From Candidatus Cloacimonadales bacterium (GTDB taxonomy: Bacteria > Cloacimonadota > Cloacimonadia > Cloacimonadales > JAFGVF01): a DNA stretch of 64,000 bases. The translations under genes and the position numbers were made by a program. The notes beneath the pieces were generated by a model. That model was given only the letters and a program-made list of their open reading frames with translations, did no database searches and had not been told where the DNA came from. Location: NCBI GenBank assembly GCA_963678315.1, contig OY782781.1:2237482-2301481 (forward strand), written 5' to 3'. Positions 19,497-29,294 of this stretch are shown in pieces (the stretch's first letter is position 1; every line of letters begins with the position of its first letter).

Positions 19497-21140
19497 CTAC
19501 TTGATGTGTAACAATTTTGAAGTCTTACATTTTCCTTCAGAAGAAACTTTAACCAAGTAGACACCACTTGGAAGTTCTTTATCATTTTCATTACAACCAT
19601 TCCAAACTATCTCTAAATGGCCTGATCTATTATTCTGATTCATAAAACTTTTCACTTTTTGTCCCTTAATATTGTATATTTCTACATTGACCCGAACATT
19701 TGATTTCGTATCGATTTTTATATTTGACTTGCTTCTAAATGGATTAGGATAATTATTTACCGTTAAATTATTTACAGGAGTTGAATCTTCTGAATTAGAA
19801 ACAATTTCACTTATTCCTTCTAAATTTATATTCCAGTTTGAGTTGTTAGGGTCACTTGAGGAAATAGTTAAAGATCCATTATAGCTTGATTCTTCAGTAG
19901 GGGTAAAATCAACATTGATTATTCCTATATCACCTTGTCCAATACTATTAGGAAAACTTATATTATTAAAGACCTCTACATTAGAATGAACATTATTTAT
20001 TTGCAATATGTCAGTTCCATTATTAACAACAGGTATTGATAATGTTACTGCATTATTAAGATCATAAGCATAGGCAACAAAATTATCAACAGGTATAAAC
20101 ATATCGGGATAACGTGATGTACTTGTGTTTGACGTAATACTTGCAAGTCTATCTAATAGTTCTGGGTGCTCTATGAAAGGATTTGGTTTATTTTGGACTT
20201 CTTCTATTTCTTGAGCTCTGTATAATTCATAGTCACTAACAGGGTCTTGATAATACCAATTTCTTAAAACTTCTTGCTGACCAGCACTATTTAAAAAGTT
20301 GTTAGGATTATTATATCTAATACTAAAGTAGAACATAGCTCTTGCCACATCTCCTTTGTGATCATCTCTTGGTTCAAATACGGTTGTACCGGATGAATTA
20401 GAGCCTCTCTTAGAACCACCATCAGACCAATTAGAAGAAGATACTTCACCAAATGGAAGGTTACCTCTTACACTATTAGCTTGTGAATCAGTTGGAAATA
20501 AATGGAACAAATCCGACTTTGCAGTACCTGTTGCCCCCATACTTTGAGGCCAAGTGTGTTCAGTATTGATTTGATTCCAATTAGGAATAGATCCAGGAGA
20601 ACAATTGTACCATTCATCAGTATAAACACATCTAACCTGACCATTGTCATTGTCTATATATCCAAAAATCTCTATTCTTGCATCTTCATAGCTGATTGAA
20701 GTATGATTTCTAATGATAGCCGAAATTGCATTCTTGAGTTCAAAATCATATTTGTTGTAGGTTGTGTTATAAATACTTTCAGAGAATGTTCCTTGTGCTG
20801 ATACTTCAATTGTTTGTATTTCACTTCTAGCTTCATCAACGATAAATATAGCTGTATCATAGTTGATATTTGTTTCTGGTGAGAAGGTAACAGTAACTTC
20901 TATTTCTTCATTCGCAAATAAACTAACATTATCATTACTTAATAAAATCTGTTCACTATCTTCAATTATATCTATGTTTAATTCATTATTAGTTAAATTG
21001 GTTATTGTAAAAACACCTTGAACCTCTCCCCCATCAATCACTGAGCCAAATTCTAATTCTGTTGTTGAGACTTGAAAAGAATTTGCCTTAATTGTCATTA
21101 TAACAAATAATACTATAAATATTACTAACGTTTTTTTCAT
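19497..21140 (-). CDS. Secreted endonuclease I family nuclease with T9SS-type C-terminal sorting domain
   Basis: N-terminal signal peptide. Endonuclease I motifs NTEHTWPQSMG and DLFHLFPTDSQANSVRGNLPFG. The C-terminus NYPNPF...GVYLVKV... matches the Por/T9SS CTD pattern. Confidence 0.75.
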   Translation of the reverse strand: MKKTLVIFIVLFVIMTIKANSFQVSTTELEFGSVIDGGEVQGVFTITNLTNNELNIDIIEDSEQILLSNDNVSLFANEEIEVTVTFSPETNINYDTAIFIVDEARSEIQTIEVSAQGTFSESIYNTTYNKYDFELKNAISAIIRNHTSISYEDARIEIFGYIDNDNGQVRCVYTDEWYNCSPGSIPNWNQINTEHTWPQSMGATGTAKSDLFHLFPTDSQANSVRGNLPFGEVSSSNWSDGGSKRGSNSSGTTVFEPRDDHKGDVARAMFYFSIRYNNPNNFLNSAGQQEVLRNWYYQDPVSDYELYRAQEIEEVQNKPNPFIEHPELLDRLASITSNTSTSRYPDMFIPVDNFVAYAYDLNNAVTLSIPVVNNGTDILQINNVHSNVEVFNNISFPNSIGQGDIGIINVDFTPTEESSYNGSLTISSSDPNNSNWNINLEGISEIVSNSEDSTPVNNLTVNNYPNPFRSKSNIKIDTKSNVRVNVEIYNIKGQKVKSFMNQNNRSGHLEIVWNGCNENDKELPSGVYLVKVSSEGKCKTSKLLHIK

Positions 21141-21356
21141 ATCACATCTCCGATTTTTTAGTAAAACAATTTTATTTATTATAGCTATTAAGGCAATAAA
21201 TAAATTATTCTTTCAGTCTTTGAAGCCTAGATGATGCAGAATTAGTACACCCCTATTTTAAATTTGTAAAATTAAGACGCAATTGTAATTTATCATGATA
21301 TTAACATTTATGGGCTACAATTTTATATAATCGTGAATTACTAAATATGTGTTTAA

Positions 21357-21605
21357 TTATTCTGCCAAATAATAAGCTCCTTCATAATCACCTGTTTGGA
21401 TGGTAAACAATGTGTCCAGTTTACTGACTTGATAGTTAGTGGTAATAGTGTTAAACCATGTTCTATCAGTTATCACTAAACCTGAATTGTTTCCTGTAAC
21501 ATTTATTGAAACATCACTCTTAAAGAGAATATTTCCTTCTACAAAATTAGCTGATAAAGTGCTCATAACAATAATTATAGTGATAATAACAATTATCTTC
21601 TTCAT
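21357..21605 (-). CDS. Small hypothetical secreted protein
   Basis: 82 aa with a hydrophobic N-terminal signal-like segment. No similarity recognised. Confidence 0.3.
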   Translation of the reverse strand: MKKIIVIITIIIVMSTLSANFVEGNILFKSDVSINVTGNNSGLVITDRTWFNTITTNYQVSKLDTLFTIQTGDYEGAYYLAE

Positions 21606-21625
21606 TTCTTCCTCCTATTTATTTG

Positions 21626-22582
21626 CTATTTTATAATTGTAATTTTCTTAACTTGACTCCTTTCCCCATACTTAACATTTAGAAAGTATATGCCAGACGG
21701 ATAATCTAAATTCTGAATCTGAAAATATCCTTTCTTTGATTTAAGATTGTTTTCAGAATAAACTAATCTACCTCTAAGGTCATAGAGAGACAGACTTATA
21801 TTCTTATTACTTTTTTCCATAAATTCAATATTGAAACTGTTTATACAAGGTTGCGGATATATCTGTTTGATTAGCTGATTCTGCATAGGTTCAACCTCTT
21901 GAGAATTTGACACTGTTTTATGGTAGGTTACGATTAAGTGCGGATCATATGAATTTGATGAGGTTGGGTTATTTGAATATGAAACATAATCTGCTTCATA
22001 TAGTCCTATATCATGACCTGGAGGGAATCTCAGTCTAAACTGTGAGTATCCACGTGAATGTTCTATATCATTAAGATAGCTCTCAGTAATTGGAAAGGAG
22101 ACCCAGCCAACATGACCACTATCTTGCAGAACACCTACATTGGAAGTAAGTGGTTCAAGATCAAAAACAGAAGGAGCTAAAGTCTCATACTCTATGTGGT
22201 CTATATTTACTGAGTAGGGTGTAGTGTAGTAGTGTGGCCAAACAAGATCTATCCCATTATCCCAATAGCGCCAACAGTAAAGTTGAAGTATTACATTTGC
22301 CACGACGTAATCATTGGGAACAGGAATAGTCTCGAATGAAATAAATGATCTTAATTCAAAAATACCGGTTCCAACAAACTGAGCATAACCGTAGCCAATG
22401 TCTAAAGTTGTTAGATTGGGAAAATTGTAATAATCATGATAATCCATATTATAGTATATAGTCCCAGTCATAGGATTAGGTTCAGAGTATATTGTGTCAA
22501 CAAGAACTGAGTCATCTCTATCAGCATATAATTGTAGAATTAAGCTATATAGAATTAAAAAGATTAATAGATATCTCTTCAT
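21626..22582 (-). CDS. Secreted hypothetical protein with T9SS C-terminal domain (tandem paralog 1)
   Basis: Signal peptide and C-terminal YPQPCINSFNIEF...GIYFLNVKYG...KKITIIK CTD. About 82% aa identity to the adjacent ORF. Confidence 0.7.
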   Translation of the reverse strand: MKRYLLIFLILYSLILQLYADRDDSVLVDTIYSEPNPMTGTIYYNMDYHDYYNFPNLTTLDIGYGYAQFVGTGIFELRSFISFETIPVPNDYVVANVILQLYCWRYWDNGIDLVWPHYYTTPYSVNIDHIEYETLAPSVFDLEPLTSNVGVLQDSGHVGWVSFPITESYLNDIEHSRGYSQFRLRFPPGHDIGLYEADYVSYSNNPTSSNSYDPHLIVTYHKTVSNSQEVEPMQNQLIKQIYPQPCINSFNIEFMEKSNKNISLSLYDLRGRLVYSENNLKSKKGYFQIQNLDYPSGIYFLNVKYGERSQVKKITIIK

Positions 22583-22605
22583 TTCTTCCTCCTATTTATT
22601 TGCTA

Positions 22606-23562
22606 TTATTTTATAATTGTGATTTTCTTAACTTGACTTCTTTTCCCATCCTTAACCTTGATAAAATATATTCCTGATGGATAATCTAAGTTTTGCATTC
22701 GGAAAAGCCCCTTATTTGATTTTAGATTATTTTCAGAATAAACTAATCTACCTCTAAGGTCATAAAGAGACAGACTTATGTTCTTATTACTTTTTTCCAT
22801 AAATTCAATATTGAAACTGTTTATACAAGGTTGCGGATAGATCTGTTTGATTATTTGCTCCTGCATAGGTGTAACCTCTTCAGAATTTGACACTGATTTA
22901 TGGTAGGTTACGATTAGGTGTGGATCATGCGAACTAGATGAAGTTGGGTTATTTGAATAATTTACAACATCTGCTTCATATAGAGATATATCATGACCTG
23001 GTGGAAATCTCAGCCTAAACTGAGAATAATCATGCGATTGTTCAATATCGTTAAGATAGCTCTCAGTAATCGGGAAGGAAATCCAACCAACATAAGCACT
23101 ATCCTGCAAGACCCCCACACTGGAAGTAAGTGACTCAACATCGAAAACTGAAGGTTCTAAGGCTCCAAACTGTATGTGATCAATATTTACTGAATAAGGT
23201 GTAGAATAATAGTGTGGCCATATAAAGTCGGTGCCATTATCCCAATAGTACTGACATTTAAGACGTAACATTACACTTGATATGACGTAATCATTGGGAA
23301 CAGGAATAGTCTCGAATGAAATAAATGATCTTAATTCAAAAATACCGGTTCCAACAAACTGAGCGTAACCATAACCAATTTCTAAGGATGTTTGATTGGG
23401 AAAGTTATAATAATCATGATAATCCATACTATAGTATATAGTCCCAGTCATAGGATTAGGCTCAGCGTATATTGTATCAACAAGAACTGATTCATATCTA
23501 TCAGCATATAACTGTAGAATTATGCTAAGTAGAATTAATAAGATTAAGAGATGTCTCTTCAT
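22606..23562 (-). CDS. Secreted hypothetical protein with T9SS C-terminal domain (tandem paralog 2)
   Basis: 318 aa, same length as and collinear with paralog 1. The upstream RBS/leader sequence is duplicated too. Confidence 0.7.
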   Translation of the reverse strand: MKRHLLILLILLSIILQLYADRYESVLVDTIYAEPNPMTGTIYYSMDYHDYYNFPNQTSLEIGYGYAQFVGTGIFELRSFISFETIPVPNDYVISSVMLRLKCQYYWDNGTDFIWPHYYSTPYSVNIDHIQFGALEPSVFDVESLTSSVGVLQDSAYVGWISFPITESYLNDIEQSHDYSQFRLRFPPGHDISLYEADVVNYSNNPTSSSSHDPHLIVTYHKSVSNSEEVTPMQEQIIKQIYPQPCINSFNIEFMEKSNKNISLSLYDLRGRLVYSENNLKSNKGLFRMQNLDYPSGIYFIKVKDGKRSQVKKITIIK

Positions 23563-23947
23563 TTTTCCTCCATTTTAATGTATAAATTAATTATTTTTTC
23601 AAAACATATTATTAAGATTTAATCTGATAATAAAAAACTTCCCTAACCAAGTAATAGTTTATTTTAAAGCTGATCATTGAATTTATTTAAGTTTCTATAC
23701 TTTCTTACAAGATAAAACATTTAGCAAAAACCATTTTGAAAATAGTTAGTATTTTATTTATTGTCAATTACTTTATATACTTTTTACATAAAAGGGTATT
23801 AGAAAAGGCTTTTTCATGCTAAATGGACGATCTAAACCTGATAATATTTGGTTATACTAATAAGCCATGCTTAATAGCCTCTTGCATTAAACCGCTTTTT
23901 TATGCAAGAGGCAAGTAAACACGACATAATAGCCATTAAAGACAAAA

Positions 23948-23981
23948 AAAGAGAGAGTACTGAAATTCAGTACTCTCTATA
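23948..23981 (-). terminator. Rho-independent terminator after iorB
   Basis: Minus-strand hairpin AGAGAGTACTG-aattt-CAGTACTCTCT followed by CTTTTTTTGTC. Confidence 0.8.
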
Positions 23982-24026
23982 GAACTAAAGCTTAGCTCTT
24001 AATCTTTTAATTTATATAATCTTAAA

Positions 24027-24602
24027 CTATTTTTTAGCAGCTTCGTAACCAGCTTTAAGAGCTTTTACATTAGCTTGAACAATAGCTTCACCTTTTCTAC
24101 CAAAAACAGCATTAATTGCCTCTTCAAGTTTTTCTAAAGAAAGACCTAAAATCTGTGCAGATGCTCCTAGCATTACAATATTCATTGAACGAGCTGAACC
24201 GCAATCTTTAGCAATTGCATCAGCATCTATAAGAATATGGTTTTCTAAGCTTTCAATCTTTTTATACACTTCTTCAGCTTCAGGATAATTAGGAATGTTC
24301 ACAAAAGGTGTTTTGTTAGCAACAACCCAACCTGTTTTGCTTAAGTAAGGTAGGTATCTTAATGATTCCATAGGTTCAACTGAAAGAATTAAATCAGCTC
24401 CACCCATAGGGATTAAATCAGAATGAATTTCATCATCAGAGATTCTTAAATGTGATTGTACATCACCACCACGCTGAGACATTCCGTGAACTTCTGCTTG
24501 CTTAATATTCATGTTTGTTGAAAGAGCTGCATGACCAATCATAGTAGCGATAGTCAAAATACCTTGTCCACCAACACCAGCTAAAATTATATCTTTTTTC
24601 AT
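24027..24602 (-). CDS. iorB: Indolepyruvate:ferredoxin oxidoreductase, beta subunit
   Basis: 191 aa IorB/POR-gamma-like family (AGVGGQGILT), downstream of iorA. Confidence 0.75.
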   Translation of the reverse strand: MKKDIILAGVGGQGILTIATMIGHAALSTNMNIKQAEVHGMSQRGGDVQSHLRISDDEIHSDLIPMGGADLILSVEPMESLRYLPYLSKTGWVVANKTPFVNIPNYPEAEEVYKKIESLENHILIDADAIAKDCGSARSMNIVMLGASAQILGLSLEKLEEAINAVFGRKGEAIVQANVKALKAGYEAAKK

Positions 24603-24612
24603 GTCTTGGCTC

Positions 24613-26199
24613 CTATCTTTTCTTTCTTTTTAATGTTTGGATACATTCTCTTCTTGGAATGATTACAGAAACGCCATCATACTCAATTTCTTCTCTGAAG
24701 ATTTCAACATTCTTTTCATGTTGGTTTTTAAGAGGAGTAATTACGCGGATGTGAGCAGGATCAACACCAAGACCTTCACATACAGCTTCAATTCTACCGA
24801 AACCTGTATAGTCTTGACCACCTGTCATACCTGTTGTACTGTTATCTAAAATAACTACAACTAAGTTGTTTTTATCAAATACGCAGTCCATAAGACCTGT
24901 CATACCTGAATGGAAGAAAGTAGAGTCACCAATAACGGCAATAGCAGGATGAAGACCTGCATCAGCAGCACCTTTAGCCATTGTGATAGAAGCACCCATA
25001 TCAAGACATGTATTAATAGCATTATAAGGAGGTAAGAAACCTAGAGTATAACAACCGATGTCTGAGAATACTTTGCCCATAGGGTAATCTTTTAATACTT
25101 CATTGATAGCACCAAAAGAATCAATGTGAGGACAACCAACACAAAGTGCAGGTGGTCTTCCAGCAACCATTTCTGGTACATTTTCACCGTATGTATCTTC
25201 TAAACCAAGAGCTTTAGCTACATGATTAGGGTTTAACTCACCTACACGTGGAAGAGTGCCATCTAATCTACCTTTCACTTTATCATTACCAGAGATAAAA
25301 CCTTTAAGTTGTTGCTCTACAACAGGCATACCTTCTTCAATAACAAGAACTTTATCACATTCGTTGAACATTCTTTCAACTTGTTTTCTTGGTAGTGGAT
25401 ATTGAGATATTTTAAGGATAGGATGTTTAAAATCAACTTTTTGAACATTTTCCATTAAGTAGTTATAACCTAAACCACAAGCAATAACACCAAGACTCCT
25501 ATCTTCACCATCAACATACTTGTTAAATGGAGATTCTTCAGAAGCTTTTTCTAATTCAGCTTGCATTGGTACTAATACATCGTACTTTGCCCTTGACATA
25601 GCAGGTAGAAGCATGAATTGATTAGGGTTTTCAGGAAGTTTTATATCATTAAGAGGTAAAACTTCTTTAGTTTCAACACCAGCTCTCGAGTGAGAAAGTC
25701 TAGTTTCTAATCTAAGCATTACTGGTAATTTAAACTTTTCAGAAAGTTCAAAAGCATGGAAAGCAGCATCATAGCATTCTTGTTGATTTGATGGCTCAAT
25801 ACAAGGGATTAATGCAAAATTAGCAAAGACTCTAGAGTCTTGTTCATTTTGTGAAGAGTGCATTGAAGGATCATCAGCAACTGCAACAATAAGTCCACCA
25901 TTAGCACCAGTCATAGCTGAGTTCATGAATGGATCAGCTGCAACATTAAGTCCAACGTGTTTCATCGTTACCATAGTTCTTTTGCCAGTATAAGACATAC
26001 CAACAGCAGCTTCCATAGCAGTTTTTTCATTTGAAGCCCAAGTTCTATGAACTTGTCTTTCTTCAGCTAGTTGATTTTTTTGTACATATTCAATAATTTC
26101 GGTTGAAGGTGTTCCTGGATAACCAAAAGCACCAGACATACCAGCATCTAACGCACCTTGCGCCAGAGCTTCATCGCCGAGTAGTAGTAATTTTTTCAT
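24613..26199 (-). CDS. iorA: Indolepyruvate:ferredoxin oxidoreductase, alpha subunit (TPP-binding; no C-terminal ferredoxin domain seen)
   Basis: 528 aa with a TPP-binding region (GDSTFFHSGMTGL...) and IorA-like N-terminus. It ends without the CxxCxxCxxxC motifs typical of longer IorA proteins. Confidence 0.75.
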   Translation of the reverse strand: MKKLLLLGDEALAQGALDAGMSGAFGYPGTPSTEIIEYVQKNQLAEERQVHRTWASNEKTAMEAAVGMSYTGKRTMVTMKHVGLNVAADPFMNSAMTGANGGLIVAVADDPSMHSSQNEQDSRVFANFALIPCIEPSNQQECYDAAFHAFELSEKFKLPVMLRLETRLSHSRAGVETKEVLPLNDIKLPENPNQFMLLPAMSRAKYDVLVPMQAELEKASEESPFNKYVDGEDRSLGVIACGLGYNYLMENVQKVDFKHPILKISQYPLPRKQVERMFNECDKVLVIEEGMPVVEQQLKGFISGNDKVKGRLDGTLPRVGELNPNHVAKALGLEDTYGENVPEMVAGRPPALCVGCPHIDSFGAINEVLKDYPMGKVFSDIGCYTLGFLPPYNAINTCLDMGASITMAKGAADAGLHPAIAVIGDSTFFHSGMTGLMDCVFDKNNLVVVILDNSTTGMTGGQDYTGFGRIEAVCEGLGVDPAHIRVITPLKNQHEKNVEIFREEIEYDGVSVIIPRRECIQTLKRKKR

Positions 26200-26454
26200 A
26201 CTAACTCCTTATTCATATTTATGTTTTCTACCATTTTCTGATATTTGCTAATCTAAGGCAAGGATTTTTTTAAAATAGGCTTTGAATCGCTTTAAAAATA
26301 TTGATTTAATAAAAATATAAATCATAATATAATAAAAAGTTTCAAATTGTAAGCTAATGTTGCAAGATACTTATATATCATTTACTTTGACAAAATAAAT
26401 AGCAGTCTATATTTTGACAATAATTAACAAAATTATATAATATAGGAGAATTTT

Positions 26455-27828
26455 ATGGAAAAAATGCCATACGCAGAACCGTACAAAATTAAGATGGTTG
26501 AACCAATTAAAACAACTACAAGAGAACAACGTGCTAAGCTTATTGAAGAAGCAGGATTCAATCTTTTTAATCTTAAAGCTGAAGATGTTAGAATCGATTT
26601 ATTAACAGATTCTGGTACTGGTGCGATGTCAGATAAACAGTGGTCTGAATTAATGTTAGGTGATGAATCTTATGCAGGTTCTAATTCTTTCTTCAAAATG
26701 AAAGATACAATCAAAGAAATTTTAGGTTTTGACTATGTTTTACCTACTCACCAAGGAAGAGCAGCTGAAAATGTTCTTTTCTCTGCTATAGTTAAAGCAG
26801 GTGATATTATTCCTGGTAACAGTCATTTTGATACAACAAAAGGTCATATCGAATTTAGAAAAGCTTTTGCTGTTGACTGTACTATTGATGAAGCATTTGA
26901 TCCAACATTAATTCACCCTTTTAAAGGTAACATAAATATTGAAAAGTTTGAAGAAGTTATCAAAACTAATAGAGATAAAGTTCCTTTTGCGGTTGTTACA
27001 GTAACATGTAATAACGGTGGTGGACAACCAGTTTCTTTGGCAAACTTAAAAGCAGTTAGAGAAGTAGCTGACAAATATGATTTACCTATCTTCTTTGATT
27101 CTGCAAGATTCGCTGAGAATGCTTATTTTATTAAAATGAGAGAAGAAGGCTACGCAGATAAAACTATCAAAGAAATTGTTAAAGAAATGTACCAATATGC
27201 AGACGGAATGACAATGAGTTCAAAGAAAGATGCTATTGTTAACATCGGTGGTTTTATAGCTATGAGATCACAAGAACTCTACCAAAAATGTTCAACATTT
27301 AATATAATGTTTGAAGGTTATTTATCTTATGGTGGTATGGCAGGTCGTGATATGGCTTGTCTTGCACAAGGTTTAAAAGAAAATACAGAATTTGAATCCT
27401 TGCACGCTAGAATGTCTCAAGTAGCATATCTTGGTCAAAGACTTAAAGAAGAAGGTATCCCTGTAATGGAACCATTCGGAGGTCATGCAATATATCTTGA
27501 TGCATTAAGATTCTTACCACACATTCCTCAAACTGAATTCTCTGCACAAGTATTGGGTATCGAGTTATATATCGAAGCAGGTGTACGTGGTGTAGAAATT
27601 GGAACTGTTCTTGCTGATAGAGACCCTGTTACAAGAGAGAATAGACCTCCAAAAACAGAATTGCTTAGACTTGCTATTCCTAGAAGAGTTTATACAAACA
27701 ATCACATGGAAGTAATTGTTTGGGGTTGTAAGAAAGTTTGGGAAAGAAGAAATGAGTTGAAAGGTCTTGAGCTAGATTACGAAGCACCAATTATGAGACA
27801 CTTCACAGCAACATTTAAAAGAAAATAG
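26455..27828 (+). CDS. Beta-eliminating lyase: tryptophanase / tyrosine phenol-lyase family
   Basis: 457 aa. DLLTDSGTGAMSDKQW...GDESYAGS and the PLP-Lys region closely match TnaA/Tpl. Substrate (Trp vs Tyr) cannot be resolved by eye. Confidence 0.8.
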   Translation: MEKMPYAEPYKIKMVEPIKTTTREQRAKLIEEAGFNLFNLKAEDVRIDLLTDSGTGAMSDKQWSELMLGDESYAGSNSFFKMKDTIKEILGFDYVLPTHQGRAAENVLFSAIVKAGDIIPGNSHFDTTKGHIEFRKAFAVDCTIDEAFDPTLIHPFKGNINIEKFEEVIKTNRDKVPFAVVTVTCNNGGGQPVSLANLKAVREVADKYDLPIFFDSARFAENAYFIKMREEGYADKTIKEIVKEMYQYADGMTMSSKKDAIVNIGGFIAMRSQELYQKCSTFNIMFEGYLSYGGMAGRDMACLAQGLKENTEFESLHARMSQVAYLGQRLKEEGIPVMEPFGGHAIYLDALRFLPHIPQTEFSAQVLGIELYIEAGVRGVEIGTVLADRDPVTRENRPPKTELLRLAIPRRVYTNNHMEVIVWGCKKVWERRNELKGLELDYEAPIMRHFTATFKRK

Positions 27829-27843
27829 AATAATTTCACATTT

Positions 27844-27876
27844 AGAGTAGGTTTTTACGCCTACTCTATTTTATTA
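27844..27876 (+). terminator. Rho-independent terminator after the tryptophanase-family gene
   Basis: AGAGTAGG-tttttacg-CCTACTCT followed by ATTTTATTATT. Confidence 0.7.
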
Positions 27877-27890
27877 TTATAGGAGGCTTT

Positions 27891-29144
27891 ATGATAAAAT
27901 GTATAGATGTATTAACTGAACTGAACTTTGAACATTTAGCAGGTTCAAAAGAAGAGAAAATCGCTCGTGATATTATTAAGAAACACTTAGACCAATCTAA
28001 TATTAAATATGAAGAACAAGAGTTTACGCTTCATGGCTTTGATCATGGTTCTGCACAGATAGATGTTGATGGACAATCATTAGATGCCAATCCTTATGGA
28101 CTAGTGGAAACTTGCCAGATATCAGGTCAGCTTTGTGTTTTAGATAACGCAAAAGTAATTGAGCACAATATAGGGGCTTTTAAAGATAAAATTATCATGT
28201 GTAAAGGGTCATCCAGAAACGCTTTTGATATAATGCTAAAAACAGGTGTTAAAGGATTTATCTCTGTTGGAGCACCCGGGAAATTAGAAGCAAACTCATC
28301 ACATAGACAAAAGAATGTCGAGTCTGGAATTCTTCCTTCTGTTACTATTTCTTACGATAATGCAGTAAAATTACTCAAATATAATGGACAAGAAATTAAT
28401 ATTTCCATCAATCAAGAACGTTCAGAGAGAAAGGCTTATAATATAGTAGCTACTCTGGGAGAAAACAAGTTAGATGATAATATAACTTATCTTACAGCTC
28501 ATTATGATACAGTTGCTCAATCACATGGTTCTTCAGACAATGGTGCAGGAACTGTTGTTATTCTCAAAGCAGCCCAATACTTTGCTGAAAATAATCCAGC
28601 TAGAACTTTAAAAGTTATTTTCTGTAGTGGTGAAGAAATGGGATTACTTGGTTCAAGTGCTTATGTTCAATCTAACTTAGATGAAGTTAAGTCAAATGGT
28701 GCTTTTGTAGTTAATGTTGATGTAGCAGGTGACTACTTTGGTTCTGACGCAATGATGGTTATTGGAACAAGTGATACAAAAGGCTATTTAGCTGGTATTT
28801 CTATGGAAAAAGGATTCCTATTTAATAGTTCAATCAACATATATAGCTCAGATGCTATGCCTTTTGCTGTCTATGAAGTCCCTTCTGTGAATCTAGCTAG
28901 GTTTGGTGGTAATGCCTCTTCTGTTATTCATACAGCAGATGATAGAATTGAAAATATAAGTAGTGATAATCTAGACTTCTATTACAATGCAACAATAAAT
29001 ATTCTCGATAGAGTTTTAAATTCTAAAGTTTGGCCAATTCAAAAAGAAATAGATCCTAAACTTCGTCCTAAGATTGAAAAATATATGTGGGGTTCACGAA
29101 GAGAAGCTCCAAAATTGGAATGGAAAGCTGGATTTAAGAAATAA
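27891..29144 (+). CDS. M28-family Zn-peptidase/aminopeptidase
   Basis: 417 aa. The HYDT...DNGAG...GEEMGLLGS motif arrangement matches the peptidase M28 metal ligands. Confidence 0.7.
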   Translation: MIKCIDVLTELNFEHLAGSKEEKIARDIIKKHLDQSNIKYEEQEFTLHGFDHGSAQIDVDGQSLDANPYGLVETCQISGQLCVLDNAKVIEHNIGAFKDKIIMCKGSSRNAFDIMLKTGVKGFISVGAPGKLEANSSHRQKNVESGILPSVTISYDNAVKLLKYNGQEINISINQERSERKAYNIVATLGENKLDDNITYLTAHYDTVAQSHGSSDNGAGTVVILKAAQYFAENNPARTLKVIFCSGEEMGLLGSSAYVQSNLDEVKSNGAFVVNVDVAGDYFGSDAMMVIGTSDTKGYLAGISMEKGFLFNSSINIYSSDAMPFAVYEVPSVNLARFGGNASSVIHTADDRIENISSDNLDFYYNATINILDRVLNSKVWPIQKEIDPKLRPKIEKYMWGSRREAPKLEWKAGFKK

Positions 29145-29294
29145 TTAATTACTTTAATAAACTTTCTTTATTTATTATATATTAATATTATAAGTATATA
29201 TCTAAAATGATTAAATAAAAAAGTTATAAGTAACTAATTGACAATCTAGCAGAATGTTTTAAAAAGTGCCAAAAAAACAATATTGAGGTAAGAC

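Larger units (their letters stand above)
21606..23600. repeat. Tandem direct duplication of ~980 bp units, each comprising one paralogous gene plus its leader
   Basis: Near-identical DNA blocks are seen by eye (for example tttcttcctcctatttatttgctatt... leaders at 21605 and 22585, and many identical stretches). Confidence 0.8.

Noticed and set aside
21357-21605. 82-aa ORF as a third, truncated copy of the tandem T9SS paralogs
   Set aside because: No sequence similarity to either paralog at protein or DNA level was seen. It is kept only as a low-confidence small secreted protein.
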